Assembly: GCA_002104905.1 (NCBI GenBank)
Contig: MCFE01000501.1
Location: 1 to 64,000 of the forward strand
Source: Basidiobolus meristosporus CBS 931.73
Taxonomy: Eukaryota; Fungi; Basidiobolomycota
DNA: 64,000 bases
Reading direction: 5' to 3'
Under the pieces are notes generated by a model. It did no database searches. It was not told the DNA's origin and saw nothing but the letters and a program-made list of their open reading frames with translations. Both the position numbers and the translations under genes were made by a program. Shown piece by piece: positions 51,692-62,837 of the stretch (within the stretch, counting starts at the first letter, position 1; each line of letters begins with the position of its first letter).

Positions 51692-53249
51692 TTACCGCAA
51701 TAGATCATCCTTGATTATAGACTTTCTCCCATGAGCTCATTTGGCTCGAGATGTTCTTGACGTATGTTGCCTTCTCTTGTTCATTTTTCTTCAGATTTTG
51801 TACTCTTTCCAAGCCACTGATTTAATAAATCCACCTAACACTTCGACATGACGTGTACACTTCCGCATATCAATTTCGTGAATCATGTGGGATTCTTGAC
51901 TTCTTCCAGACGTTCACCGCAGGGGTTGTTGATTCAACCTCCCTACCATTTGAGCAATGTTTAAGAAATATCCGAAAGCCAATAATCCAGCATCATGCTA
52001 CCATACGGAGTCCCATCCAAAAGTGGTGTATAGCGTGGTTGTCGCGATTGTGCGCCCTCAACTCGTCAAAGAAAGCCATGGCCAAGCAATATTGATTGGT
52101 TGGGAATCATTTGACAATGAGCCTCGTGGTATTATAGAAAAACGCGTCACGAAGATTAGTGATGGGGGTTGATCTCATTACCATTACCATTACCATTACC
52201 AAATCCCCCATCGCCCAGGCAATATATGGAAAGGATTGTCCAGCGGAAAGGGTGACAAATACAAATAATCGACCATATCGGAGCAGTGGTGTGAAGACAA
52301 TGGAGCACGCCTTCCGGTTGAATGTGTGCGGGAGCTTTTTTGCTTTATATTATGAGTCACTTGTTGATTATCTTCTACGAAAAATGATGAATACCCTGTA
52401 CAATCTACCTGGGAATAGAAATGCACAATCTTGTATAACTTTCCAAGTAAACTAAGCGCTTTTGTCGGTTGACTTAAAATCAACTCTTGTGCATAACTTT
52501 TTGAGTAGATAACTTTTGGGTGAAGTAAATAATATACAGCTTTTTGCACAAATTAGCTCTTCTTCGTAGCCTCCAATCCAAACCATCTTGGATAACTTCC
52601 TAGGTAATCAAGGCACCGTGGTATAAGCTCTGAAGTGGTCCAGGTCTAAATGGCTAATTTCCACAGATTACGCAGGCACTGGACTTGTGAAAATACTCTC
52701 TAGCTCATCGACTATTGAGGTGCAGGCCACCGAGTCTTCAATCTGGTGATGGTTCACGCAAGCAGGTAAGCAGAGTTTAGCCTAACCATTGTCAACCCAT
52801 ATCAATCACCCTAACCCTGGGCTTTGCTGGCTAACAAAGCTCTTGCCATACTGATCCTTCAACCAGTAGAATCGAGTTAGTTTAGGAAAATTAAGCTTAA
52901 ATTTGAAACAGCGGGTCTAAATCAGGCAGGAGAAAGTACAAGGTCGCCCTCAAGTAAATAGAATTCGCAGTCAATTGGTACCCTTAGAACGCTTGTGTTT
53001 CCAAATGAAGCACAAGCTTTTTCATAGCGTACACAAGAACTTTCTTTCATGTAAAGAGTTGCTCAGAATGTTCGATGCAATCTGCTGGTCAGGTGATATT
53101 GCTAATTCTTGCATCCACAGTAATCGTGTATATATATTCTCTGCATTCTACTTCTTCCATGATGAGATGTTGTACAGATTTGCCCTATCAAATTAGCACA
53201 CACCACACGCTCCCCCATTACAACTTCGCACCACCACCTTGTATTTAGT

Positions 53250-54166
53250 ATGCTGAAACCTTTCTTGACAAGCCTTCTTTCGCTAACAGCGGTGTTTGGC
53301 AACAGTCTTTCAGCCCCGGAGTACGACACTCTGCTGGTTTCCGATCACGAGCTACCTTTCATGGCCAACGTTTTCATCATCTCAATTGGCACCTGTAACG
53401 GAGCCATACTAAGTGACAGATGGATTGTGGCATCAGCCAACTGCCTAACAGGGCAGATACTCGACTACGATAGCCCTATAGTCGTTTCTCCAACCTCATA
53501 CTTGGTCGTTGTTGGTACCAACAGCAGGGCAGGCGAAGTGTCCCACGCAGTTCAGCGAATTGTTTTCGATCAGGAGAATGTAAGTACTCGCGGCGTGTTG
53601 AGCTGGCAACCTATCCACTAATCTCCAGCTCTATTGCATAGGGTGGCATTGCGTTAATCGAGCTGAAGAAGCATTTGGCTTTTAATCACAACATTCAACC
53701 TATCTCCATCGGATCTGACCCACCTACCTCTGGCATGGAGGTTTATTCTGCAGGATGGATTCCAACATTGAGAAAGGCCAAGATGAGTATCGCATCGCCA
53801 ACAGGCTGCGAGAACCACTACCCAGAACGGTTCCAAGACCAATATTTTTGTGTGAGGGGGATGCTTTGTTTACCAGAAGTTGGCGGTCCGTTGTATACTA
53901 GAGAGGGTGATGAATATCGGCTTGTCGGACTCAAAACAAATAGCACAGTTCTACAGAAACCTGAGACAGATTGCCTTCAGACTGCTAAGGGTAATTTTAC
54001 GAGCTTATTCACACACTTGGGTCATCGCATCGAATATATCCAGCAAGTCACCGGTTTGAATAGGAATTATCTACTGGGCTATACAAAAGTGAGCCAAGCA
54101 TGCACAGTCACCTACACATCATTTAGTTTCGTACTATCCTTGGTCCTGGTACTCGTATATAGCTAG
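53250..54166 (+). CDS. Secreted trypsin-fold (S1) protein lacking the catalytic triad, hydrophobic C-terminus, 2 exons
   Basis: Signal peptide; CNGAILSDRWIVASANC, GGIALIELKK and CLPEVGGPL align to the three S1 motifs; intron 53580-53641; C-terminal FSFVLSLVLVLVYS. Confidence 0.8.
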
Positions 54167-55381
54167 CTGCTGTTGTTATGTAAATCTATTGTAAATATGC
54201 CGTATCTTTTCGTTAGCATCTTACTCAAAAGGACTTAAAGCAAGCACTTCTATCAAGCGGGAGGTTGTGTTTATAGCGGGTATGGCTTCCATGGTGCATT
54301 TGAGTTAAGAGAAAGTGTTAACCTGAGGACTGTTCCTTTTTCAAGACCCGGTGATGCGGTTGGATGTTTGTCACGGATACCAGCCAGCCTAAGAGGTGCA
54401 TTTATACCTTCTTTGCTTTGGGGTTCTTGTTCCTTTTCTACAGAAAGCATAGAAGTATCCGAGTCTAGATATGCCGGGTACATAATCTCATGTTTGCTCC
54501 TTGAATTACCAGATACATTATATCCCATTGTCCACGCAGAATGGGGAAACATCCATGATACTAAAGCCAAACCCGGAACTTTGCTATGAAATCCCTAGAG
54601 CTAGAATTCCATAACATAAGGATATATTTGGATCATGTAACAAGTTTTTCTGGTTTATATGATGATGGTAACTACGCTGGCCTGTCCACACCGATTACTT
54701 CCTCACCCAAAACCTCTCTTTGTGGCCTACCTTTCCGATAGTGGTAGTTCGGGCCTTGGTATGAAAAATGCAAATAGAGTCATAGTAATAAGACTTCATG
54801 TCACTGTAAGCAGACATAACAGCTGCTATGTATTCCACTGGTGCTCGCTCAGGCAATTCGAACACTAGGCTAGCATCAACGCATTGAAAGCTACGTCTTA
54901 GGTTTGATATACATCGCAGAGACTGTTTTGGTATAGAGTGCTTACTCACAAGGAAATGAGGCCGAAGAAGACTTTGTTTCTCTATACTCGTATATGTTGA
55001 CAGAGAGTGATCGGTCTTGATTTAGGGTTAGGGACCATTTGCATTAGGTGAATTGTTTGCCGCTTCGAGGTTTGAGATATTGCGAGGGCCACATCAGAGG
55101 TTGTTTTGGTGGTCGTAATTCCTGGTTTCTTGTAGTTTACCCTTGAACTTTTCGCTGCTGGCGAGTGACAATTTAGAGTTGTGGATGAAACGAAAATCGT
55201 GTATTGCGAACTCACATGGCTTGTAATAAATCCATGGGATTGAAATTGGTTTGATTTAGTATATGGACTGCTATACATAATAAAAGTCTAGTGATGAAGC
55301 TTATATTAGGGAACGTAATTTTACAGAGATAGGGCCAAGTTATCTAATGAGATGTTTTCAAGAAACGAGTTGATCATGCAT

Positions 55382-56171
55382 TTAGGGATTTGTCAGAGAC
55401 AACAGACATGTTTTGACAAGATGCTCCATGCGGCATGACGGGCATTTCACATAAGAGTGGCGACCTGATTGCTCCGTGATGGCCAGCGGTCTAAGGCAGC
55501 TTTTGTGAAATTGATGTTGACAACCAATCAACGTAATGGTGTCCGTCCTGGAGCTCTCCCCACTCTGGTCCTCGACAAAAGCTACGTGACAGTGACCACA
55601 CGCGATAACACTCGAATTGCTGTTTTGTCGGGACTCATGCACATGGGCCGGGAATCTTGAGTTGGGTTCTATCCTCAGGCGGCAGATTGGACACGTATCG
55701 CATTTCTTGAACCAAGGAGATATGCAGTGCTCATGAAATACGTGATGGCAAGGTGTTTCAACGATAGGATGCGCAGTTGTTAAAAAGTTCTCCTGGCATA
55801 TGGCGCAGCAGGGTTGGGCCGCTAAAGAAATCAAACGTTAGGCTGAGTGGAAGTGATCGCGTAGCATTTGGCTTACCCACGAGGGGAGATTCAAGCAAAA
55901 CTCTGGGTAGCTCTACAGTGAGCTTTTCGAGATTGCAGAGATCATAACGGCGCAACACAGATACCAGGTTGGAGTAGCGACTGACGAGAGACCTAGTGAT
56001 CGAGTCGCTGCAGTTAGCAGAGATTAGTCTGGTAGAGGTTGGATGAGCAATGACCGGAATGAGAAAGATTGTCTGAGTAGTTAAAGACATTCCGTTATAT
56101 GGAAATTGGTTAGATGCTTGTACCACTTCCTGAGATGTTCCCGTTTTAAAGGTGGAAGGATCCAATGGCAC
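55382..56171 (-). CDS. Protein with two RING-H2 fingers (putative E3 ligase)
   Basis: Intron 55876-55822 joins PLV-AAQP in frame; CAICQE...PCHHVFHEHCISPWFKKCDTCPICR and CGHC...GCQHQFHKSC...CPSC. Further upstream exons are possible. Confidence 0.75.
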
Positions 56172-58102
56172 TGCAGTTCTGGAAAACCCAATTATGTCAT
56201 ACCACCCGATATGGATACGTCTATGCAGAGGGGCTCTGTGATGTCATTGAATCTCGGTTCTGCGTCTTGATAAGCTTCAGAAATACTGACATCGAATTCC
56301 AGCGATCTCCTCAGAACATTAATGCATATTAGCTGATCATATTCCCGTCGTTGTCGCAAGATCCGTATTTGGTTTGATGAAGCCCGATCAGTAGGATCTT
56401 CCCGTGACAACTGATGTTAGGGTCGCCTTCCGCCAAACCTTCAACGCTGGTAGGCTCTTGAAAATAGCCAACGACCTCATTGTCCATGAAAAGACGCCAT
56501 GGAGAACATCCCTATCTTAATGAATATAGCGAGTATCCTTTGGCACTCACTCAAGTATATATCGCTGTCTGTGGTTTTGCCCATCAGCAATCATTATCAT
56601 CCCATTTGTACAAAGCATGCTCATTCCCGTTACTGTTCGCTGGCCTGTCAATAGCGGTGATCCCACTCGGACCAATATTAAGTTTGGAGAATTGCCCTGG
56701 CGACGGTAGTTTAGCACTTGCCACATCAAGTGCGCATTGAATTTTGGTGCTTAGCAGCAATGAATCCAGGATTTAAGAGATTTTCAGAGCAGCAGGATAG
56801 ACCTAAACCACACTGTTCTAAAGCCAGCACCAACGTGTTCGAATCGTTGATGAGATGGTGCGATTTTATGCTCTTGTCTGCACTCCAAATGTATTCGTAC
56901 GTATGTATTTTCAAGTGGCGCATATGCAAACTCTTGCTTAACTTTGGCTTTTTAATTTAGAATGTGATAGGCTTGAAACAGGAAAGAAGTGCAACCTGGT
57001 AAGAATTTCCAATACACATTATCAGAATACCATACGGTATTCACAGAAATCTATCGAGCTTGCAATTGCCATTTTGAGTATAACCCTCCGTGTTACGTGT
57101 GAATCCGCCTCTTCTGGTGCGGAATCCTCAGCAGAAATCTCGAAATTGGATATTTCTTGGATTTTTTGATAGATTTATACCTTTTCAATACGGAGTTGTG
57201 ATGGTATTCCACCCCAGATAGAGTCATAAATTTCTTATTACTCATACCAAAAGCTGGTGGCTAGACTTCATGCTTTGCCCAGGAATAGTGTATACAACGG
57301 CCTATATAGTGCATGTAGTATCGCGCTTGGATATGGACCTTAATCCTCATTTTTGAATTGATGTAGGTTCAATCCGTGTTGGGTTTTTCAGATCCACATG
57401 TACTATTCTGATGGGTTGTATCAAAAGCTTCTGATAGAGTTGAATGAGTATTTACTTACAATAAAGTTCTTTATGCTTCCCGATCCTAACAAGTTTCCAT
57501 AAACGCAGTTGTTCTGATATCTTGCAACTGAATTAAAAATTTGAAACATTAACATAGTTCCCTCTATGAACAATTTTTTCGAACTAGATATCTTCCGAAA
57601 ACACTCTAGCCATGCTGCAATCCAATATAACTTTCAGAGTATGATTGCTGATCATTTGGTGCTGATATTTTCGGGGAGTCGCCAAGGACATCAAATGAAT
57701 GCTGAAGAATGAACATTATGTGAGTTTGTGTAGTATTGGAAAATCTATGTGGTATTCAGTTGTACATTAGTTAAGGCAGTCAAAGCTTGGCTATTTTTTG
57801 GAATGTTGCGGACGTATGATATGAATACTCTACTATAAAGGGAGACTATGTACATTTTAGGGCTCAGTAGTACAAGTGGGCTCACAATGTTTAAGACGCT
57901 GTAGATTCGAAATGAACAAAGAAAAGCGAAGGAATAACTTTTTTGGCAGAGTAACAATTAAAATACAATACACTTTCAACTCAAATTGTTGAAAGCTAAA
58001 GCAGGGTGCTTTTTGTGGTGACAAATCCAATTGTATTACATAAAAGCATAGAAATGTCAATATCAAGGGTAAAGTTTCAACATATTCCCAAGTGGTTGAA
58101 TT

Positions 58103-58602
58103 AGTTGTAAAAATTTGGAGTTCCACCTAAATATTCACATAAATTAGTCACTTAGATCAATACCAACATATCTTAGAGAATACTGACCAAATTCCTTGTT
58201 GGGATTTACTTAGAATATTTTCACCAAAATACCAGGTACCCAGAATATGAAAATTAGATATGTTGTCCAAGCAGCCCCAAACTTTGCACACATGTTCTTG
58301 GGACCTTCCCAAACCTATTCTACATGTTTGTCATGCCTTGATCATGTAAAAGTATAAATACTACTCTTACATTCAGTAAATCATTAAGTAAAAGCCGCAT
58401 AATCTACTTGTTCACCCAATCACTTCCTATATCTCCAAGACTCTTACAGCAGGTTATGAGCCCTGAGCTGTCACTCCCTGCAATGTCTACTACTGCTATT
58501 ACTGGAATTTTTCCCTCTGCTGAAAAGTTGAATGGATCTAACTAACAAGTGTGGAAAGTAGTGATGAAGATGTGGCTACAAGAAAGAGGCCTTTGGGATA
58601 TT
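58103..58602 (+). mobile_element. Copia 5' end (LTR, PBS, gag start) broken off at the telomeric array
   Basis: LTR 58103-58451 (family of 24809-25156), PBS GGTTATGAGCCCT at 58452-58464, gag ATG 58483 ...VWKVVMKMWLQERGLWDI, then TTAGGG. Confidence 0.85.
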
Positions 58603-59352
58603 AGGGCTAGGGGGAGACAGTCACCAACAGGGGAAATCTTTATTTCTGCTGAAACAAAGAAGCCAGTGCTATTGTTGTGGCATTGATCCAAGAGTGTGTA
58701 GCTGAGGGGAATTTGTAGGTAAGTTAATCAAGAGAAATGATGGTTCTTCAGTACTCAAGACACTGTTCAGCAGGAAGGGGGTAGCAAGTGGGATAAGGAT
58801 GATTTGTGAGCAACATTGATCATGGGAGTATGATAGGGATTGATATTCATAATGAAGGGAGTGTGTTGTTTCAGATATTGCTGCCAAAGGTCTGTCAAGT
58901 GCTCAGGCAGGCCAGCTTGGGTTTTTCTGACTGCAGAATATAATGAGCAAACTTCTTGACATCAGGATCTCCAAGTATTGTTCTCCAGCAGGAGCCAGGT
59001 GTAGTGTGGTGTGTTCTCATCCAGGCCTTGAGCAGTGGGTTGTTGCAGTGGTGAAGTCTGTGATATATTCCGGTTCTATGGTAGAGAAGTCTGATTTTAT
59101 AGGGCATAAAGCCAAAAGCACCAAGAATTGCATGTCTGTAGTGGCATTCAGGCAGATGAGGCACCAAGGAGGTAATACACCAGACTGCAAACTTGTCAAG
59201 CTTAGTGCAGTCTCTAGAAGTTAGTGAGAGAAGTGGTAAGCCAAATTCCAGGACAGGGAAGACAAACTGCTTGAGTAGAAGGAGACAGCTGGGAGCTGAA
59301 GTTGTAGGAGGAGAAACAGCCAGTAGTTTGTGGAGTGCCTGTCTTGCCAGGA
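58601..59352 (-). mobile_element. Unit 1: 5'-truncated LINE (type A, diverged copy)
   Basis: Homologous to 60030-~60785; encodes the ORF2 C-terminal region (ORF 58895-59377). Confidence 0.85.
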
Positions 59353-59974
59353 GGTTAGGGGGGATGAAAATCACCAAAGGGTGAAATCTTTATTAAATAA
59401 TAAATAAAGAAGCCAAGTTTGAATATGGGAATCTGGAATGAAGAAGGCCTATAAGATAAACTTGGACTTTGCTGTTTCCCAAATATCCTCAATATCAAAG
59501 TCTAGAGAAGAATGTAGCAAAACTGCTTATTCACTGCAATACTTCTTGAGGAAGTTTGTGACTTGAAGTGAAGGAGAGTTTTTCAATAAGCTGGTAAATC
59601 TTTTGAGGAGTTCTTTTTCAAGAGAGAATGGTACAAAGAGTGGAATGTCCAAATGATGTCTAAATATATGCTCTGAGAGCTCCCAATCCAGCATATTTTT
59701 GACTTCTTCTGTAAAATCTTCAACAATATCCTTATCAAGAATAACTTGCAGGAGATCCCTGGCAATGTACTGAATGTTATTTATCTTAGGCATATGAATA
59801 CCTAGGTCCTTGAGGTAGTTTCTCTGTTCTGATATTGGGAGATAGCCTGCATTTCTGAAATTGCAAACAGCCCAATTGGCAGTGGGAGGAGTATCAGGGC
59901 TGACAGGGAGTCTGCTTCTGGCTCTAGAGTGCACTGGCTTAGGAGACTGTCTTGATGGAAGGGCAGCTTGTTTT
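59353..59974 (-). mobile_element. Unit 2: 5'-truncated unit (type B) encoding a putative ORF1/gag-like protein only
   Basis: The frame is open from the junction to the stop at 59527, followed by its own 170-nt 3' UTR and the shared 3' module; no RT sequence. The ORF1 assignment rests on remembered resemblance to mucoralean LINE ORF1. Confidence 0.55.
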
Positions 59975-60029
59975 GGGTTAGGGGAGGGAAAGTTACCAAG
60001 GTAGGTGAAATCTTTATTTGATTTCAGAC
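59975..60029 (-). mobile_element. Unit 3: 55-bp stub (type D) consisting almost only of the 3' module
   Basis: GGGTTAGGGG-AGGGAAAG-TTACCAAGGTAGGTGAAATCTTTATT, then the next TTAGGG. Confidence 0.7.
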
Positions 60030-62837
60030 TTAGGGTTAGGGGGGGAGACAGTCACCAACAGGTGAAATCTTTATTTCAGTTGAAACAAAGAAGCCAGCGC
60101 TACTGTTGTAGCTTTGATACAAGAGTGTGTAGCTGAGGGGAATTTGTAGGTAAGTTAATAAGAAGTGATGATAGTTCTTCAGTGCTCAGGACACTGTTCA
60201 GTGGGAAGGGGGGTAGCAAGAGAGGTAAGAATGACTTGTGAACAACATTAATGAGGGGAATGTGATAAGGATTGATATTCATCATAAAGGGAGTGTGCTG
60301 CTGCAGATATTGCTGCCAAAGGTCTGTCAAGTACTTCAGGTAGGCCAGCTTGGGTTTTTCTGACTGCAGAATATAGTGAGCAAACTTCTTGACTTCAGGA
60401 TCTCCAAGTATAGTTCTCCAGCAGGAGTCAGGTGTAGTGTGGTGTGTTCTCTTCCAGGCCTTAATCAGTGGGTTGTTGCAGTTGTGAAGTCTGAGGTATA
60501 ATCTGGTTCTAAGGTAGAGAAGTCTGATCTTTTAAGGCATAAACCCAAAAGCACCAAGAATAGCATGTCTGTAGGGGCATTCAGGCAAATGAGGCACCAA
60601 GGAGGTAATGCACCATACTGCAAACTTGTCAAGCTTAGTGCAGTCTCTAGAAGTAAGAGAGAGAAGTGGTAAGCCAAATTCCAGGACAGGGAAGACAAAC
60701 TGCTTGAGTAGAAGGAGGCAGCTGGGAGCTGAAGTTGTAGGAGGAGTAACAGCCAGTAGCTTGTGGAGTGCCTGTCTTGCCAGGATAATTCTCTTCCTCA
60801 GGTGTGCTCCAGAGTCTAGTCCAGTAGGAAGGAAAGGAAAGCCATGATATGTAGCAGAAACCTGAGCAGGTAGAGTGGAGTTCTCCAAGTTGATGGGAGA
60901 GCCCAAAGGTACTGTCTTTGCAATGGAAAGCTGGAGATTATTCTTCTGCAGATACTGGTGGATGGTCTGGGAGTCATGTTGCACATTGGAGGAGGATATT
61001 CTGATGTCATCAGCAAAGAGAGTAACCAGGCAGTCAGCTGAGAATCTTGGGAAATCATTCAGGAAGATGGCAAACAGTATAGGACCAAGCACAGAGCCTT
61101 GAACTACTCCATTAGGAACTGAGAACACAGCTGATTGCTCACTTGGGTGCAGAATTCTTGCTTGTGGATCCAGAAACAGAGATCTGACAAGGAGGGTAAG
61201 AGAGGTACTGGAGAAGCATTGCAACTTGGACCAAAGCAGATTTCTGTCAACTGAATCAAAGGCCTTAGTAATATCAAACAGAACAGAGGGATACTTGCAC
61301 TGGAGAGAGTGATCTTGGCTAAGTATGACTGCATATTCCAAGGAGAGGCCAGGAACAAAGCCAAACTGTGCAGGATGAAACTTGAGGGAGTCAGAGTAGA
61401 GCTCCTGAGCAAGCAGAAGCTCAAACACCTTTCTGCAGGTGGGCAGCAGAGATATTGGCCTGTAGGAGCTAGGATCCAGGTGCTTTCCTTTACCCTTGTA
61501 CAGTGGCAGAACATTTGCAAAGGACCATTCCTCAGGAGTAGAAAGCTGGGCTGAGCATTGCTGAAACAGTGGAAGCAGAAGTGCAGACATGGCCTTGGTA
61601 CTAGTCTTCAGAAGCTCATAGGAGATTGTGTCCACACCTGGAGCAGTAGAGTTGGGAAGCCTCTTGAGCACATTATGGATTCTCCTTTGATCAAGTGCAA
61701 GTGGGATGGGCAGAGTCTTCAAGTCAGGATGAAAGCCAGGAGTTGAATACTGCTTTGTAGAGAAGAAGATGTTAGCCAGCTGTTCTGTTGAAGGTAACTT
61801 CCTGGAAGAGGGCCTCATTGCCCTGTAGAGTCTTGATACTGTTCTTGTTATAGAGTTGGAAGATTGCAGAGGCAAAGAACTCATAATATGATCCCAGAGC
61901 TGAGTATGCAGAGTGTGGTGAATTGCCTTGGAGTGGTGTATTGCTGTCAGGAGGAGTTTCTCTGTTTTTGGGTTAGGGAAACTCAGGTAGCTTTGTTGCA
62001 GGGCTGAAACAATGGATTCCCATTTTCTTGAGGTAACAGCAGTAGTCTTGCATGGCAGTGAGAGGGAGGCAGACACCAGAATCAGATGCTTCACAAAGAG
62101 CCAGGCATAGTTGAGATCATCTGGCAGAGAAAGTAGCAAACTGGCAAGCTTCAAGTAGTTCCCAAAGTCTTTCTTCTGATTCTTGGTAGCTTTGTGGGTG
62201 AGCACAGTAAGTTTTGGCAGATTCTTCTTCACAACTGGTTGCATAGAAAGGGACCAGGCTGGGTGGTCAGAGGCTCTCAAGGATCCTAGCTCAGCTCCAG
62301 AGAATTGCTTGACTTCATTCACAAAGTAGAGGGTAGCAGCAGAAGGGCAGATCCAGTCAACACATCTTTTCTCAGATTGAGCACCTAGTGCTAGCAGATG
62401 GCTTTCTCTCAGGAAGTTCAGTAGGAATGTAGCTCTTGGCTTCATTCTTGCAGTCAGAGTAGTCTTGTTCTCAGGATGGGGAATGTTGAGATCTCCAAGC
62501 AAGATAATAGGTGTTGATATAGATTGCTGGTATTTCTGGACTTTCTGGCATATAACTTGCCTTCCTGAAGGGCAAGACTTGGAGGCAGATAGCAGAGCAC
62601 CAGACTGATAGTTGGCAACTGGAGAGCAGCACAGTAAGGGGAGTAAAGAGGAACACAGAGCTGAGGAGTATTGATGGTAGAAGAGATGAAGCAGATAGAG
62701 GAGGTATTCTTTGTTCTAGGAGTAGAAAAGCAATATAGATTAGTCAAAAGTATAGAGTGTAGCTGGACATCAATCAAACACAGGAGGGAAAATCTTGAAA
62801 GAAGTCTCTCTAGAGTTGGTCTTGATGGCTGTATGCT
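60030..62837 (-). mobile_element. Unit 4: near-complete LINE ORF2 unit (type A: APE endonuclease + RT)
   Basis: EN motifs YLPP, LGDLN, VD and SDH; RT motifs APGVD, YRPISLL, FDITKAFD, GVVQGSVLGP and FADD. The frame extends to 60100, with a nonsense codon at 60532 and a frameshift near 62550; the 5' end is cut inside the EN N-terminus. Confidence 0.92.

Noticed and set aside
54271-55278. Possible multi-exon minus-strand gene
   Set aside because: Exon structure and product are not supportable by eye.
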